Assembly (NCBI RefSeq): GCF_001194135.2
Contig: NC_068999.1
Location: 26,115,524-26,148,995, forward strand
Direction: 5' to 3'
Length of the DNA stretch: 33,472 nt
Origin: Octopus bimaculoides
Lineage: Eukaryota
A program made the position numbers and the translations under genes. The notes under the pieces were generated by a model that made no database searches, was not told where the DNA came from, and was given only the letters and a program-made list of their open reading frames with translations. The first letter of the stretch is position 1. Every line of letters starts with the position of its first letter. This document shows, piece after piece, positions 9,900-22,226 of the stretch.

Positions 9900-11830
9900 T
9901 ATTGTTTGGAAAAGGTAACAGAAAGAGTAAAGTAATATAGGGAGCAAAGTGTCTGGTATTTCAGTCAAGGCCCTTCTTCAGGATTAAGATGATAAGGGAT
10001 GGCGGTGGGGGAAGGAGAAGAGTTTTGCATCTTCTGTTTTGTGTGATTTGTAGTAACTAACAGGAAACATAAAACAAGTGTAGACAAGCTGTAGGAGAAG
10101 AGAGGAGGAAAGAAAGAGAAATAAATAGAGGAAGAAAAACCAGTGAAGGGGAAAATTAAATTGGAAGGATAGCTAAAAGATTACTGTATTAGGAGTGGTG
10201 ATAGGATTGAAGGAAAAACTTGTTTAAACCCATTGGTGCCCTGGTTTCAAATGTATATATGAGGCATTGTTCCTTCCACTTCCTTACAGATATATGGTGT
10301 GCAGAGAAGCCAGACAATAATGAGTGGGTAATAGAGTGGTCTTGTTATGTTGAAGTGGATAGCAATGGGTTGGCCTGGCTGTGGAACACATTGCAGATGA
10401 CTACAAATGTGCTCACAAAAGTGAATGACAAGGTGACAATTTGTGTCATCAATGTAAAAGGCACCACATAGTTTGCAGTCTATTCAATTGGTAGATGTGC
10501 AGCAGAAGTTTTGTGCAATGTGATACTGTGACTTTGGATAGTGTTGATGTTGATGACCATTATTTCATCTCCTGCGAGTAAATTAAAAAGTGCCTAGTTG
10601 TATATGGCTGGCTTCTAAGAGATTGCCAAGGTTCTTCTCTTTCTTGAATGCAAAGAGAACTGGTGTGAGTAAGATTGGAGTTGTTGTGGAGTCAGAAAGT
10701 AGGATTTGGAAGTTGCAGGTTGTGTGTTTCAGTAGTAGATAGAAGGGTGGGTTCCACTTCTACCATATGTAATGCTGTAGTTAGCTTTCTTAACATTTCT
10801 ATTACTATCAATAATGTCCATCTTCAGCCACTACAAATCTAATGACCCCCACTCTTTTCTCCACTATCATACTAAGCATACTAAATTTGCAATACCATTT
10901 TCCCAATTCACCAATCCTCGTTGCTTTTGCATCATCGATTTGGATTTCATCTCTCAACATGAAAGAATGCAGTATTTCCTCAAGTATTTGTGAACCCTGC
11001 ACGATGCCATTCCCAGGGCATTGACTGTGTCACTGCTCTCCTATCTTTTTTAAAGGACCTACAGACAGTATTCCACTCTCCCTCAAATTTCACTCATTCA
11101 TTTTCATTGAAATGTATTCTTATTTGCAACTTCAAAATCCTACTTTCTGACCCCAATTCTTCTCCAATCTTTCCTACACCACTTCTTGCCTTCAAGAAAG
11201 ACAGGAACCTTAGGCAATCTCTTAGAAGTACCCAACCATAGACAGCCAGTCACTTTTTAATGCAGCACCTATCCTTACATCAACAACCATCATCAGCCTT
11301 AAATCACAGTACCACATTACACAAAGACTTCTGCTGCATGTCTACCAACCTCATATATTGCATTATTTGCAAATTTTGTAGTGCCATTACATTGATAAAT
11401 CAGTCTAACCCAACCCATCATCACCTGCTTCTGTCCAATGGGCCCATTCCATTACTCTTATTCATGTCTGGTGTCTCTGCATGCTTAAAGAAACAAAAGG
11501 AACAATGTTTCATATTCAAATTTGAATATGGCACCTATGAATTTAAATGAACATTTCTCCTTCTATTCCTTCACCTCCTCCTAATTTAATGATCCTAGTT
11601 TCGTCCTTTAACTCTCTTCTTACTTTTCCCTCCACTTCACCTTTCCCCAGCTTATCTTCCTCTTCTCTCTCCTACTATTTTTTGTCTATGCATGCACTTT
11701 CACTTTGTTTTACATTCCTAATGTTTACTCTCAGTTGCTTAAACATTGAGGATGTTAAACTCCTCAGTGTTTCTGTTTTTCCCCCATATCTCAACCCTGA
11801 AGGACTCCAAACTAAATATTGAAAACTCCA
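9900..11830. mobile_element. Degenerate Penelope-like element (PLE): + strand RT end and GIY-YIG region (10800-11830) preceded by an inverted copy of its 3' part (9900-10690)
   Basis: + strand remnants HYKSNDPHSFLHY..TKFAIPFSQF, PLLAFKKDRNLRQSL, FCCMSTNLIYCIICKFC, EQCFIFK are PLE motifs. The reverse complement of 10610-10686 aligns with 11161-11240, and 10440-10530 (-) again reads FCCTSTN..DCKLCGAFYI. Confidence 0.72.
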
Positions 11831-13064
11831 CTTCATACAGCAGTATTTATAGTGCTGTCTGATGTTAATTTTGTACAAAGTAGTATACAATAGTTACAAA
11901 TAAGCAATTGTAAACAAAACCATTATATATGATCAAAAAGCAGTCATACTAATAGTTTTCATTGACTACACGTAAAACATTTGTACAAATCAAACTGGAA
12001 TTTTCCAGTCATTCTGGATTTTATTCTGAGCCAAGTGCAAAACTCTTTATTCTACTGGAAAGTTGTACAAACAGTGATAACATCATATATATAATATTGA
12101 TAAAACTGCACTCCAAAGGCTAGGCTCCTCCAGAACCAGAAAATATTTCTGCACTGATCTATTACTGACCTACTATGAAGCTCTGGTACAACCCACAGAC
12201 ACCTGGGCAGTGCTACTCACACAGGTATCCAAGACCATTTTCCAAAAGAAGGCCAATTGTCTAAGTTATATTCGCCAACACTATCCTTGAGCTTGTTTCT
12301 TCTTCCTGACTTTTCTACTGCTTTTGTGACAAGTTTCTACACTCCAGAACAAAAATGTTGCATACAACGCCGCTAGGCTGAACACTTCATTTGTCATTCA
12401 TATTGTGACTCATCCTACCAAACACTGTACTAAATATTTTTCACAGCCCTCTTCAGAACTACAACTCTCTGGGAAGTCCTTTCTTGTCCTCATTTTTACT
12501 TCAGAAGTTTAAACTGAATATTAACTGCACTGATCTCACAAGTCTGGGAGATCCAGCAAATACCATGAGTGCTGCTCCTCTTACTTCAATGATAATGTCT
12601 AATATCTCACATTACCACAAGATACCATAGGTCTCTATTGCTGTTGAGAGAGCATCAAATGTTCTTCATATTTACAAAGATTATGTGTCACTTAATGGAG
12701 CAGTAATGACGATGCAGTGCTGTTGGTAAAGCAAAGCTGAATATTTAATTCTTTCTAGTTTACTAAATTAAATTTCAAATTAAAATTTTGCCAGAACCAA
12801 ATTTGTTCTCATCATTGTAAGATTACTAAACTAAATATCATCATTACTGGTATTTAATTTGACTGAATGTGCATAAATTGTATTATGCTACCTTTGTAGA
12901 TAAAAGCCAAGTAATAACAGGTATGTTCCCAGCAAATCAAGTTCACATTGCAGTTTCAATTCCTTGTTCATTTCTAATGCTTTTTAGAAAAAAATTCAAA
13001 AGGTCTTAATTCTTCTTTCTCATAGAAAATCAATATCAATAGCTTCATATTTCTACTTTTGTAG

Positions 13065-13163
13065 GACTGAGGAGGAAGAGTTTGTCAGCAGAAAAATGTA
13101 TTCAAAACGGAGTAGACAAAACAATCGCAAGAAGAATATCTTAACGACTTTTTACACTCACAG
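13065..13163 (+). CDS. KRI1: KRI1 internal exon
   Basis: TTTTGTAG acceptor, GTAATT donor at 13164. (R)TEEEEFVSRKMYSKRSRQNNRKKNILTTFYTH aligns with the KRI1 SEQEE...AYSQKAQN..KK segment. Phase 2 in, phase 2 out. Confidence 0.85.
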
Positions 13164-13401
13164 GTAATTCCTCAAAAGAGAATTTTATAATGTTAGCTAA
13201 AAATGTGTGTGTGTATGTATAAATAAAACAATTGTTCTAAAATATTTCGATTCATCTAGCTTTACCTCTTGTTTTTTTCACTTTTTTAAACCAGTTCTTA
13301 GAATTTTTGTCAGTTCATAACAGAAAAGTAACTAGATTTTTATGATTTAGTCAAATCTAATTTGAGATTAATTACTTAACTACTGCAATATCTAATTACA
13401 G

Positions 13402-13921
13402 TGAGTCTTCCTCGAGTAAAACATCAAATAATAAAGAAGAAAATGAAGAGAAAGTAGAAAAAAAGCCATGCAACATAAAATCTGACCACAAATCTAATGA
13501 TGAGATTCCTTCAGTAAACAGTAAGCAACAGAAAAACTCTAAGAAGCGAAAGATGTCAGTTGATGATGCCTCACCAGAACAAAACATGGCAAGTGCTGAA
13601 AACGAAGAAAATGCAGTAAATAAATCCAAAAAGAAGTTTCAGTCCAAAGATAACAGTTCGTCAATAGCAGGGGCTTTAACCAAAACCAAAAGTTCAAAAG
13701 GTTCTAAAAATAAAACTGAAAAAGAAGGAAATACTGCAAAGGTTTCTGAATTGTCAAATACCAAACTGAAGAGGAAGAAACGTGCTGAATGCTGGAAGCA
13801 AAAGCAAAAAGGAAACAAACACAATGAACAATTAAATGTAACATTGTCTAATACCCGTCTCAAAGCATATGGCATCAACCCAAAGAAGTTTAAATACATC
13901 CAACTTACAAAACAGAAATAA
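13402..13921 (+). CDS. KRI1: KRI1 terminal coding exon (Lys/Ser/Glu-rich tail)
   Basis: AATTACAG acceptor ends 13401. The frame is open into ORF 13553-13921, which ends in RLKAYGINPKKF, the conserved KRI1 terminal motif (RLxAYGLNPK). Stop TAA at 13919-13921. Confidence 0.88.
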
Positions 13922-13975
13922 AAAAAATTGATAATTCGTTGTAATGGTTTATTGTTTCGTTTTGTTTTCTATATT
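13917..13975 (+). terminator. Candidate KRI1 polyadenylation signal
   Basis: AATAAA overlaps the stop codon (13917-13922) and is followed by a T/GT-rich tract (TTTATTGTTTCGTTTTGTTTT). Not verifiable without transcripts. Confidence 0.4.
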
Positions 13976-14258
13976 TTAGTACTTTCTCCTTTACTGTTTT
14001 TATTGACATCATTACAATCTGTTATATACATAAATAATTACACAGTTATACATACACATACTTCCACAAACTTACATGTATAATATAATTTCCCTTCCTA
14101 ACATTTCACCCAATTCACCATTAAGAGCTACATCAAAATATAAACCCATGCTTGCAACATTCTTTAATTAGTAACAGATCTTCATATTTTCATAAAATTC
14201 ATATAACAATCACTATGACACTTCCCAACTCTCAGAAATGCCTAAACACATTTACCTT

Positions 14259-15110
14259 CATCATCATCGTTTAACGTCTGTTTTCCATGGGTTGGACAGT
14301 TTGACTGAGGTCTAGAAAGCTAGCAGCTGCACCAGGCTCCAATCTGATCTGGCAATGTTTCTATAGCTGGATGCCCTTCCTAACGCCAACCACTCCGAGA
14401 GTGTAGTGGGTGCTTTTTACATGCCACCGGCACAGGAACTAATCAGGCAGGCCTGGCATCGATCACGTTTGGATAATGCTTTTTACGTGCCACCAGCACG
14501 GGAGCCAGTTAGTGGGTACTGGCATCAGCCACGTTCAGATGGTGCTTTTTACATGCCACCGACATAGGAGCCAGCCAGGGGGCACTGGTCACAGCTACGA
14601 TATTGGTTTTACTTGACTCAGCAGGTCTTCTCAAGCATATCATATCATACAGCGCATCAGCGGTACTCTTAACTGGGCCAGACATGCGTGGCTGCGATCT
14701 CACTTTAGTTGCCGGGTCTTCTCAATCACAGCATACCTCCAAAGGTCTCGGTCTCCTGTCATTGCCTCTGGGAGACCCAATGTTCAAAGCTGATGCTGCA
14801 CCACCTCATCTCATGTCTTCCTGGGTCTACCTCTTCCACAGGTTCCTTCCACAGTTAGGGAGTGGCACTTCCTCATTCATACGTAACACATGACCATACC
14901 AGTACAGTCGTCTCTCTTACACACCACATTTGATGTTTCTTATGCCCAACTTTTCTCTCAAGGCGTATGCATACTGACATTACACATCCAGCGGATCATA
15001 CCAGCTTCATTTCTTTCAAGCTTACACAGCAGTCATGGCCGATGTTTTACTGCCGTATAGCATGGCAGTCTGCACACGTACATTGTACACACTACCTTTC
15101 ATCCTGAACA
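14259..15110 (-). mobile_element. 5'-truncated RTE LINE, reverse orientation
   Basis: Begins CATCATCATCGTTTAACGTC (reverse tail), with three reverse TGGCA(C/T)GTAAAA motifs and the RT C-terminus (LREKLGIRNIKCGV on the minus strand). Confidence 0.88.
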
Positions 15111-15364
15111 AGAGGTCCTTAGTTGCCAACATAGGTAGGAGCTACAAAAATGTATGGTCTTTGCCTGATTGAAAGAAAGTTTCCTGTACAGTAGGCCAAG
15201 TAATTTTGTTTCCATGTTATCTGAATGTGGAAGGAAGAGTCGCTGGAGTTGTGAACAAAGGCAGTGGAGACAGAAAGTTATATGACACACACACACTCTC
15301 CCTCTCTCACATGCACTAAACAGTGAACTGAAATTGACAGCCATTATGTATGCAAGATACATTG

Positions 15365-15840
15365 AGAGTCAGTTGAAGGAGAATAGAGCAGTGGAAGAGA
15401 AAGAAGGAAGATATTATAAAGAGAAGTGATTTAAATAGATAGGGAATTATTAATTAGAGTGGGAGAGAAAGAGAGAATTAATCAGCATTCTTGCTAGTGG
15501 ACCAGGTAGGCAGGTGAGAAAACAGGAAGGATGGATAAAAAGAGTGGGAAAGGAAGAGGTGGTTTAAATAATGAAGTAAAAGAGGGAGAGAGAAAACGAT
15601 AAGAAATCTACCATAGAGAGGGAATTGGGTAACACGATAAAAGGAGCAAATAAAGAGAAATTTGTGCATAATATTGAGAAGTGTGGAGGAAAAAACATTG
15701 GGAAATGAAGAAGGGAGGTGGAGAATGATTTGAAAAGTAGAAACTAAGCTTGAATTGTAAAGAAAAAGTAAGCACGAAAAAAAATGGAGACAAGGTTTGA
15801 AGCAGAAAGATTGAGAATTACTGAAAGGAAGCAGAGTTAG
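15365..15840. repeat. Purine-rich (GA/AAG) low-complexity tract
   Basis: Strong A/G strand bias by inspection, similar in character to the PLE 3' tracts at 10060-10210 and 11560-11700. Confidence 0.55.
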
Positions 15841-16151
15841 ACCCTGTCATTTTTTTATAGTATAAAAAAGTAATATCATAAACCTGCCTTCCTCTCTACT
15901 GTAGTGCCACTGAATAGAAGGGAATTTTAGTTTTGTGAGTTACATTGCAACCTCACTAATGCTGGTGCCTCAAAAAAAGGACCCAGTACACTCTGTAAAG
16001 CGGTTGGCATTAGGAAGAGTATTTGGCTACAAAAACTATGCCACAGTAGACATTGAAGCTCAATGCAGTCCTCAGACCTGTCAAACCCTCCCAACTCATA
16101 TCAACAAAGAAGGTGGACTTTGAAAGGTGTTTTTTTTTTTCTTTTTTGCAA

Positions 16152-17760
16152 AGAGATTTCCATCATCATTGTTGTTTAACATCCATCTTCCTTGCATGCA
16201 TGGGTAGGATGGATGACAGGCAGAAAAACTCTCCTAGGCTACTGTGTCTGTTTTGGCAGGGTTTTTATGGCTGGATGCCCCTCTTAACGCCAACCACTCC
16301 ACAGAGTGAACTCAGTGCTTTTTTATGTGGCACTAGCACAGGCGACGTTAGTTTTGGCATGATTTTTACAGCTGGATGCCCTTCCAGATACCAACCACAT
16401 TACAATGTGAACTGGATGCTTTTAACATGGCACCAGCAATGTCAGGGTAACTAAGTAACTTACAAGACAAGGAAATACGAGAGGGGCAAGGCCTTTGAGG
16501 AAGGAGACTTGTATCAGTGGATGAAAGGTTATAGTGTGACAAAGATACAGAAGCAGGTGTCTTGCCACAACAGAGTGGACATTAGAGGAGGTGATCCAGT
16601 ATCAGATGATAAAAGGTTAGAGTATAACAGAGAAATAGAGAGGCAGAAATAGGTGTCTGTCTGTCCTTGTTTGTCCCCTCTATGTTTAGCCCCTTGTGGG
16701 CAATAAAGAAATAAGAAATAGGTGTCTTGCTATAGAGGAGGTACAAGAAAGAGGCCAGAAACAAATGTGCTGATGTAAAGGAGATACTTGGTTACCTAGT
16801 CGGAGGAAAAACAAGAGAATGTGACTAAGAAACAGCAAAGGTTTAGTGCTAGGGTATACTTACAAGTAACAAGAATATGAGCATAGAAGCTGGGTTGAAA
16901 AATTGTGTGTGGGGAGCAGTGATACAGTGAGCAGGGCAGTGAGGGCAAGAAAGGGGACTGGAAAACAATCATAATTTATGAAGAGGAAATGTGAGGAAGA
17001 AAAAGATGCAGTTAGAAGAGGAGCTGTAGTTCGATTTCTTAGGGTAGAGTGGGTGAAAAGCATGTTGTTACATGTGGGTGGGCTACAACTCTTCTAACAC
17101 TCAATTTTGTGGACGAGTCTTCTCTAGAACCTCATATCGCCAAACATCTTGGTCCACTGTCATTTCCTCCATGAGCCCCAACATCCTAAGATCTGTCCTT
17201 ACCACTTCATCCCATGTCTTCCTAGGTTTCCCTCTTCCACAGGTACCATCCACTTCCAGAGACCAGCACTTACTCATATGCATCCCATGTACAAACCAAT
17301 ACATTCTTTCCTGCATACCACATTTAATCCCTCTTATACCCAACTTTTCTCTCAACACTGTTGTGCTTTATTGGTCATGCACTCTGGTGTTGCGAATCCA
17401 ATGAAGCATACTACTTTCGTACCTTTCCAGCATACGCATGTCCTCTGGTCTCCTAAATAGCAGAAACTATCTACTACCTCAAGAGAGCCTCCTGGGTATT
17501 TGAGAGAGTTTCAGTCCCTCATGCTCTTAGTACTTACTGTTCCTGTGCACCTGCAACACACGAAAGTGACCTTATTTGACAACCTTCCCATAATTCCACT
17601 GCACCTCTTATGCGTCCATAGCTTACACTTGGTGCAGCAAATGGAATTACATCCCACTCCTTTCCTACATACTGAACAGGGCTATTTGCCAGCTGGAAGG
17701 AGAGTCTTATCTCCTTTCTTGCTAACAACAAGGGGATAAGAGTTAAAGCCCAATTAATTA
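16152..17760 (-). mobile_element. RTE LINE fragment(s), reverse orientation (tail, purine-biased UTR region, RT C-terminus and PHD-like finger)
   Basis: Reverse tail at 16152-16440. Minus-strand ORFs 17101-17358 (LREKLGIRGIKCGMQER..GRGKPRKTWDEVV) and 17534-17806; WKYPCSVCRKGVGCNSICCTKCKLWTHKRC on the minus strand. Whether this is one copy is uncertain. Confidence 0.78.
16659..16713 (+). mobile_element. 55-bp 5'-truncated insertion of the family 2 SINE 3' end with a 14-bp TSD
   Basis: Near-identical to 2461-2516; perfect TSD AGAAATAGGTGTCT at 16645-16658 and 16714-16727. Confidence 0.85.
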
Positions 17761-17764
17761 GAAA

Positions 17765-19262
17765 CAGAATGAGACCAGATGAAATGCCATTCAGCTTTGT
17801 CCCCATAGTCAGGCAACTTCAAGAGAAGTATTTAGCTAAGAACAAGCTGCTGTACTTGGCATTTGTTGATCTAGAGAAAGCCTTCGGCAGAGTACCTCAC
17901 TCTGTGATATGGTGGTCTCTGAGGAAGTTAGGGATAGAGGAATGGCTTGTGAAAATAATACAGGCTATGTCCAGGGGTGCTGTTAGTAAGGTAAGAGTTG
18001 GCCATGGGTACAGTGATGAATTTAGTGTACAGATAGGTGCACACTAAGGTACCCTCAGTACCCTCTTACCATTGTCCTCCAAATCATAACAGGAATTTAA
18101 GACTGGAAGCCCATGGGAACTACTACATGCTGATTATATAGAAAAATCTATATCATAATTAAGAAATTCCAGGAATGGAAACAGAACTTGGAATCAAAGG
18201 CTCTTAAAGTAAACTTAGCAAAAACCAGGGTCCTAGTAGGGAAGAAATTGGTCAGGACCCTTCACCCTTCTGATAAATGGCTCTGCTTGATATATAGGAA
18301 GGGTGTAGACAGAAATTCCATTTGGTGTACCCAGTGCAAGCTGTGGATGCACAAAAGGTGCAGTGAAATAGTAAGAAGGTTAACAGATAAAGTAGTGTTT
18401 GTATGGGACCATAAAGATGCATAGAAAACTGATTTCCTTAAAATGTTCCAGTGGCTCTCTGGAAATCATAGATAATTTTTGCTCCTTAGCAGTGGAGGAA
18501 GTTGTAGAGAAAATGTAATTGCTAGAATAAGAATAGGATGAAGAAGGTTTAGAGAGCTATTACTTCTGTTGGCAACCAAAAGTCTCTCTTTCTCCAAGAG
18601 AGGATTGTATGATGCATGTGTACAAATTGCAATACTGTATGGCCTTGAATACAGAAGATGTGAAGACTGGAGAGGAACAAAGCTGGTATGCTCCACTGGA
18701 TGTGCATGTACAACAGTGCATTGATATTGAGAAAGAAGTTAGGGACAAGAGGAATTAGACACAGTGTGCAAGAGAGGAGACTGCTGATTTGGTCATGTGA
18801 TGTGGATAGATGAGGACAGTTGCATGAAGTGCTGATCACTTAAAGTGGAGGGAGGTTGTGGAAGAGGGAGACCCAGGAAGACATGGGATGAAGTATTGAG
18901 GGCTGGTCTCAAAACGTTGAACCTTACAAAGATGACAGAAGACCAAGATATGTAGTGCATTGTTTTACTTGAGAAGACCCACCCACCACAACAGAATTGA
19001 GGTACAGAAAATGAAGTGCCATGTAAAAAACATTGGTGTGTCTGCTGGTGTCACATAAAAAACACTAGTGCTGATGCCACTTAAAAGCACTGGTGATAGT
19101 ACTACATAAAAAGCACCCAGTTCACTCTGTGAAGTGGTTGGCATTAGGAAGGGCATCCAGTCATAGAAACCAGGCCAAAACAGGCTATGGAACTTAGTGC
19201 AACCCCTGACTTTGCCAGCCTGGAAAATGGACGTTAAATGTTGATGATAATGATGATGGTGA
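17765..19262 (+). mobile_element. 5'-truncated, degenerate RTE LINE
   Basis: IVRQLQEKYLAKNKLLYLAFVDLEKAFGRVP (RT), LKVNLAKTRV, decayed finger CTQCKLWMHKRC, RGRPRKTWDEV; tail GGACGTTAAATGTTGATGATAATGATGAT. Confidence 0.88.
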
Positions 19263-20573
19263 TATATATACCATACTAACTCCTTTGATAAAGGCATCGC
19301 TATTACTATCCATCGATTTATATGCAGACATTCAAATTAAGCTGATGAAAAATAAACTTTTCCTGCTGCAGGTAAGTAATAGTCTCATTAGCTTAAATTT
19401 GAGTAATGTATAATGAAGTAAACACTTCATCAGATTTCAATTCATGACATGAACGTATAGTATCCTATCCTCTAGATCATTTTGCTTCCATGCAGTTAAA
19501 ATGTATTTTAAATTGGTAAACAGTTGAAATGCAGCTTTCTTCTTGTTTGTCACTGTCTGTGACAGGCTGTGTAATCATTATAATTGGGTCATTATTAACT
19601 TATTGAATAATCTCTGCCTACTTGAACAGCAGAAAGGCACTGTCTTTAATGTTGTAGGAGCATATGATGTCCTGTTTTTAGATTTAAAACATGTGATACC
19701 CACTTTAAAGATAAGAAGTAGGTAGATTATAAAAGGAAATTTGGTAGTTACATGACACCCCTTTTGTCATAAATTTTCACACTAAGATAAGTTGAATAAA
19801 TCTCATTTGTTAGAGGATATTTTTGTGGCCAGTTTGATGTATTGGCTAGTCATTGTAGTGACCATCACCAGAAAGGTTCTGGTCACCAAAAATTCTGTGG
19901 CTTTTATATACTAGTGGCTTTTATACTAGTAGGTCTTAACCTGGGGACGGCATCAGTAATTTTCAAGGGGGTGCATGAGCCCTTGAGAAAAAGCAGGAAT
20001 TTCATTAATTATGTTTGTTGTTCTCTTAATGAGAGAATAGCCAAATAATGAGAAGTTTAAGAAACAATGCAAAAGTATCACCTTTAGTTTTCTTATTCTA
20101 CTATCTTAGCACCGTTTACCATTTTCTGTACTTATTGACCCACCACCACTTCATATCCCTAAAAACCTGCACTAATTCTAAATTGTAACTTTAACATTTG
20201 CTTTTATTTTGTAATTTTTTTTTTGTCACAAGACTGGTATAAAGCTTAGATATTATTATCGTGTAAAGACAAACACCTTTTGCAGTTAATAGATTATAAA
20301 CAAGTTTGATCCACTGTTTTCATATATATGAAATAATGTGATTCTTAAAAATCAAGAGACATACTGAAGCATTATCAAATCATTATAGTAACATACTAAG
20401 AATAGGTTCTACTATCACTCAATTTGATAAAATCTCAAACAAATTAAAACATAGATTGGAAAAATAAAAAATTTTAACAATAAAACCAAATTTTTTTATA
20501 TTAAATCTTTATGTTAAAAACACAGTAAATTTTTTGTAAGAAAAAAATTATAATATAAAGTACTTTATAATAT

Positions 20574-20717
20574 AAAGATTTTGCATAGCTTTTAGTTTTA
20601 CCAAGTACTTTCTGTAATATTTAAATCTGAAATTTAGTTTAACATTTGTTAAACTAAATTTCAGATTTAAATATTACAGAAAGTACTTGGTAAAACTAAA
20701 AGCTATGCAAAATCTTT
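20574..20717. repeat. Perfect palindrome: 71-bp arms, 2-nt loop
   Basis: 20574-20644 is the exact reverse complement of 20647-20717 (checked block by block). Confidence 0.95.
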
Positions 20718-20959
20718 TCCTTTTTAAAGAAATCTTTTTTATATTTTCGTACAAATAAATACAATATTTTATTGTACAAATTTTTCATATAACTTTTCTT
20801 TTAATTTAACTTAATTTTAATTTAACTAATTCCAAATTTTTTTTCAGAACTCTTTACTCCAAGCATTCTAACTTGGGCCTTGACATTATCTTACATGTGC
20901 CTTATCTTCTGTTCACATATTTGTGTTGTCCACTGCACATCAAATAATTCGCAAGGAGT

Positions 20960-22030
20960 GCAAAGAAATGGAAGTATCTTGACAAATATATTCATTCTCT
21001 CCAAAAGGATGACACAGAAGTCCCCCAGTGTATGATATGTTACAAAACTTTGAGCGATGATGGAATGCGACCCTCACACTTGGAATACCATTTAAGGACA
21101 ACATATCCTGCTTTTGCAGACAAGCCCAAGGCATTCTTTGAAACAAAAAGACATTCCTTGAAGCAAGCTAAATTGGATGGTTGTGGGGCATTTCAGCAAC
21201 AAACTTCAATGGTTGTTGAGACTTCCTATGAAATCACCATGTTCATTGCAAAGAGCAAGAAGAGCCATAACATCGGAGAGTCTCTCATAAAACCAAGTCT
21301 ACTCCATGCAGCAGAACTCATTCTGGGGAAAGATAGTGCAAACAAGCTTTCTCAGATTTCACTATCAAACAATACAGTCAAGGAAAAGATCGACGACTTG
21401 TCTCAAGACATCAAAGATCAAATTCTCAACCACATAAGAGATTCTCCTGTTTTTGGATACCTTTGAAGTGTTGAATGCTCTCGACCTTAAACTACAAGGG
21501 CAAAACATCAATATTCTCATGCGTCACGACCCCATTCAAACCTTTATGGCCAAACTCAACCTCTGGAAATGTCTAATTGAGCAGGGAAATACAGCCAGTT
21601 TTAGTTACTTGGATTCTGCTCTCACTCAGGGTAACCTTGGTTCTGAGTTAAAGAAACAAATAATCACTCATCTGACTGACTTGAAAACAGAATTCATCAG
21701 ATACTTCCCAGATACAGATGAAAAGCATGAAGTCTGGAGATTCATCAGGAACCCATTTCTGTGTGAAGTGACTGATATTTTGGATGAAGTGTAAGAGGAG
21801 TTTCTTGAGCTGAAGTTCAACTGGATCTTGAAATGTTCTGGATCAAGTACCTTCCTGTTTACCCTCTGATCTCACATCAGGCTCTTCAGATTTTAGCTAT
21901 TTTTGGATCCATGTATCTTTGTGAAACTGCACCTTGCACACTTGTTGCTGTCAAGAATAAGTACAGAAACAGGATGAACGTTGAAAATACTCCAACATTA
22001 AGAAAATACTGCAACACATGGCATCACTAA
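20960..22030 (+). pseudogene. Buster/Charlie-family hAT transposase relic (ZBED5/ZBED8/FAM200-like), internally deleted
   Basis: PQCMICYKTLSDDGMRPSHLEYHL, SYEITMFIAKSKKSHNIGESLIKP, ISLSNNTVKEKI, NALDLKLQG, FMAKLNLWK, hATC-like FGSMYLCETA...VKNKYRNRMNVE. Three frames; the central catalytic region is missing. A possible decayed left TIR (TAGTAGGTCTTAACCTGGGG) lies at 19927-19946. Confidence 0.85.
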
Positions 22031-22226
22031 TTCTCGGAATTTTCTTGAAAACAAGAAAATACATCAGCTTTATTCTCTCTTTCTACAATAGTAACTGCTC
22101 CCATGAATACTCTAACTATACACCTCAAGCATACACTATTTGATACCATTCTGTTTTCATCTCTGCTGTATTTCAATCCTCCTCAGCCACATGTTTCCCA
22201 CAAAGCAACCTACAAAAGGTCTAGAT

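Noticed and set aside
12100-12560. Additional PLE RT remnant (RRPIV, PTDT-like words)
   Set aside because: Only isolated short motifs in inconsistent frames.
13553-13921. Stand-alone 122-aa gene; likewise ORFs 536-718 and 6920-7186
   Set aside because: These ORFs overlap spliced KRI1 exons. 536-718 is in a different frame from the exon, and 6920-7186 is intron read-through.
15365-15840. Minus-strand ORFs 15478-15669 and 15608-15793, and possible triplex DNA
   Set aside because: The ORFs are Phe/Leu/Ser-rich artefacts of the purine bias, and no clear mirror symmetry is seen.
20960-22030. Domesticated ZBED/FAM200-like gene
   Set aside because: It is split over three frames with stops and a large internal deletion, with no splice signals restoring the frame.
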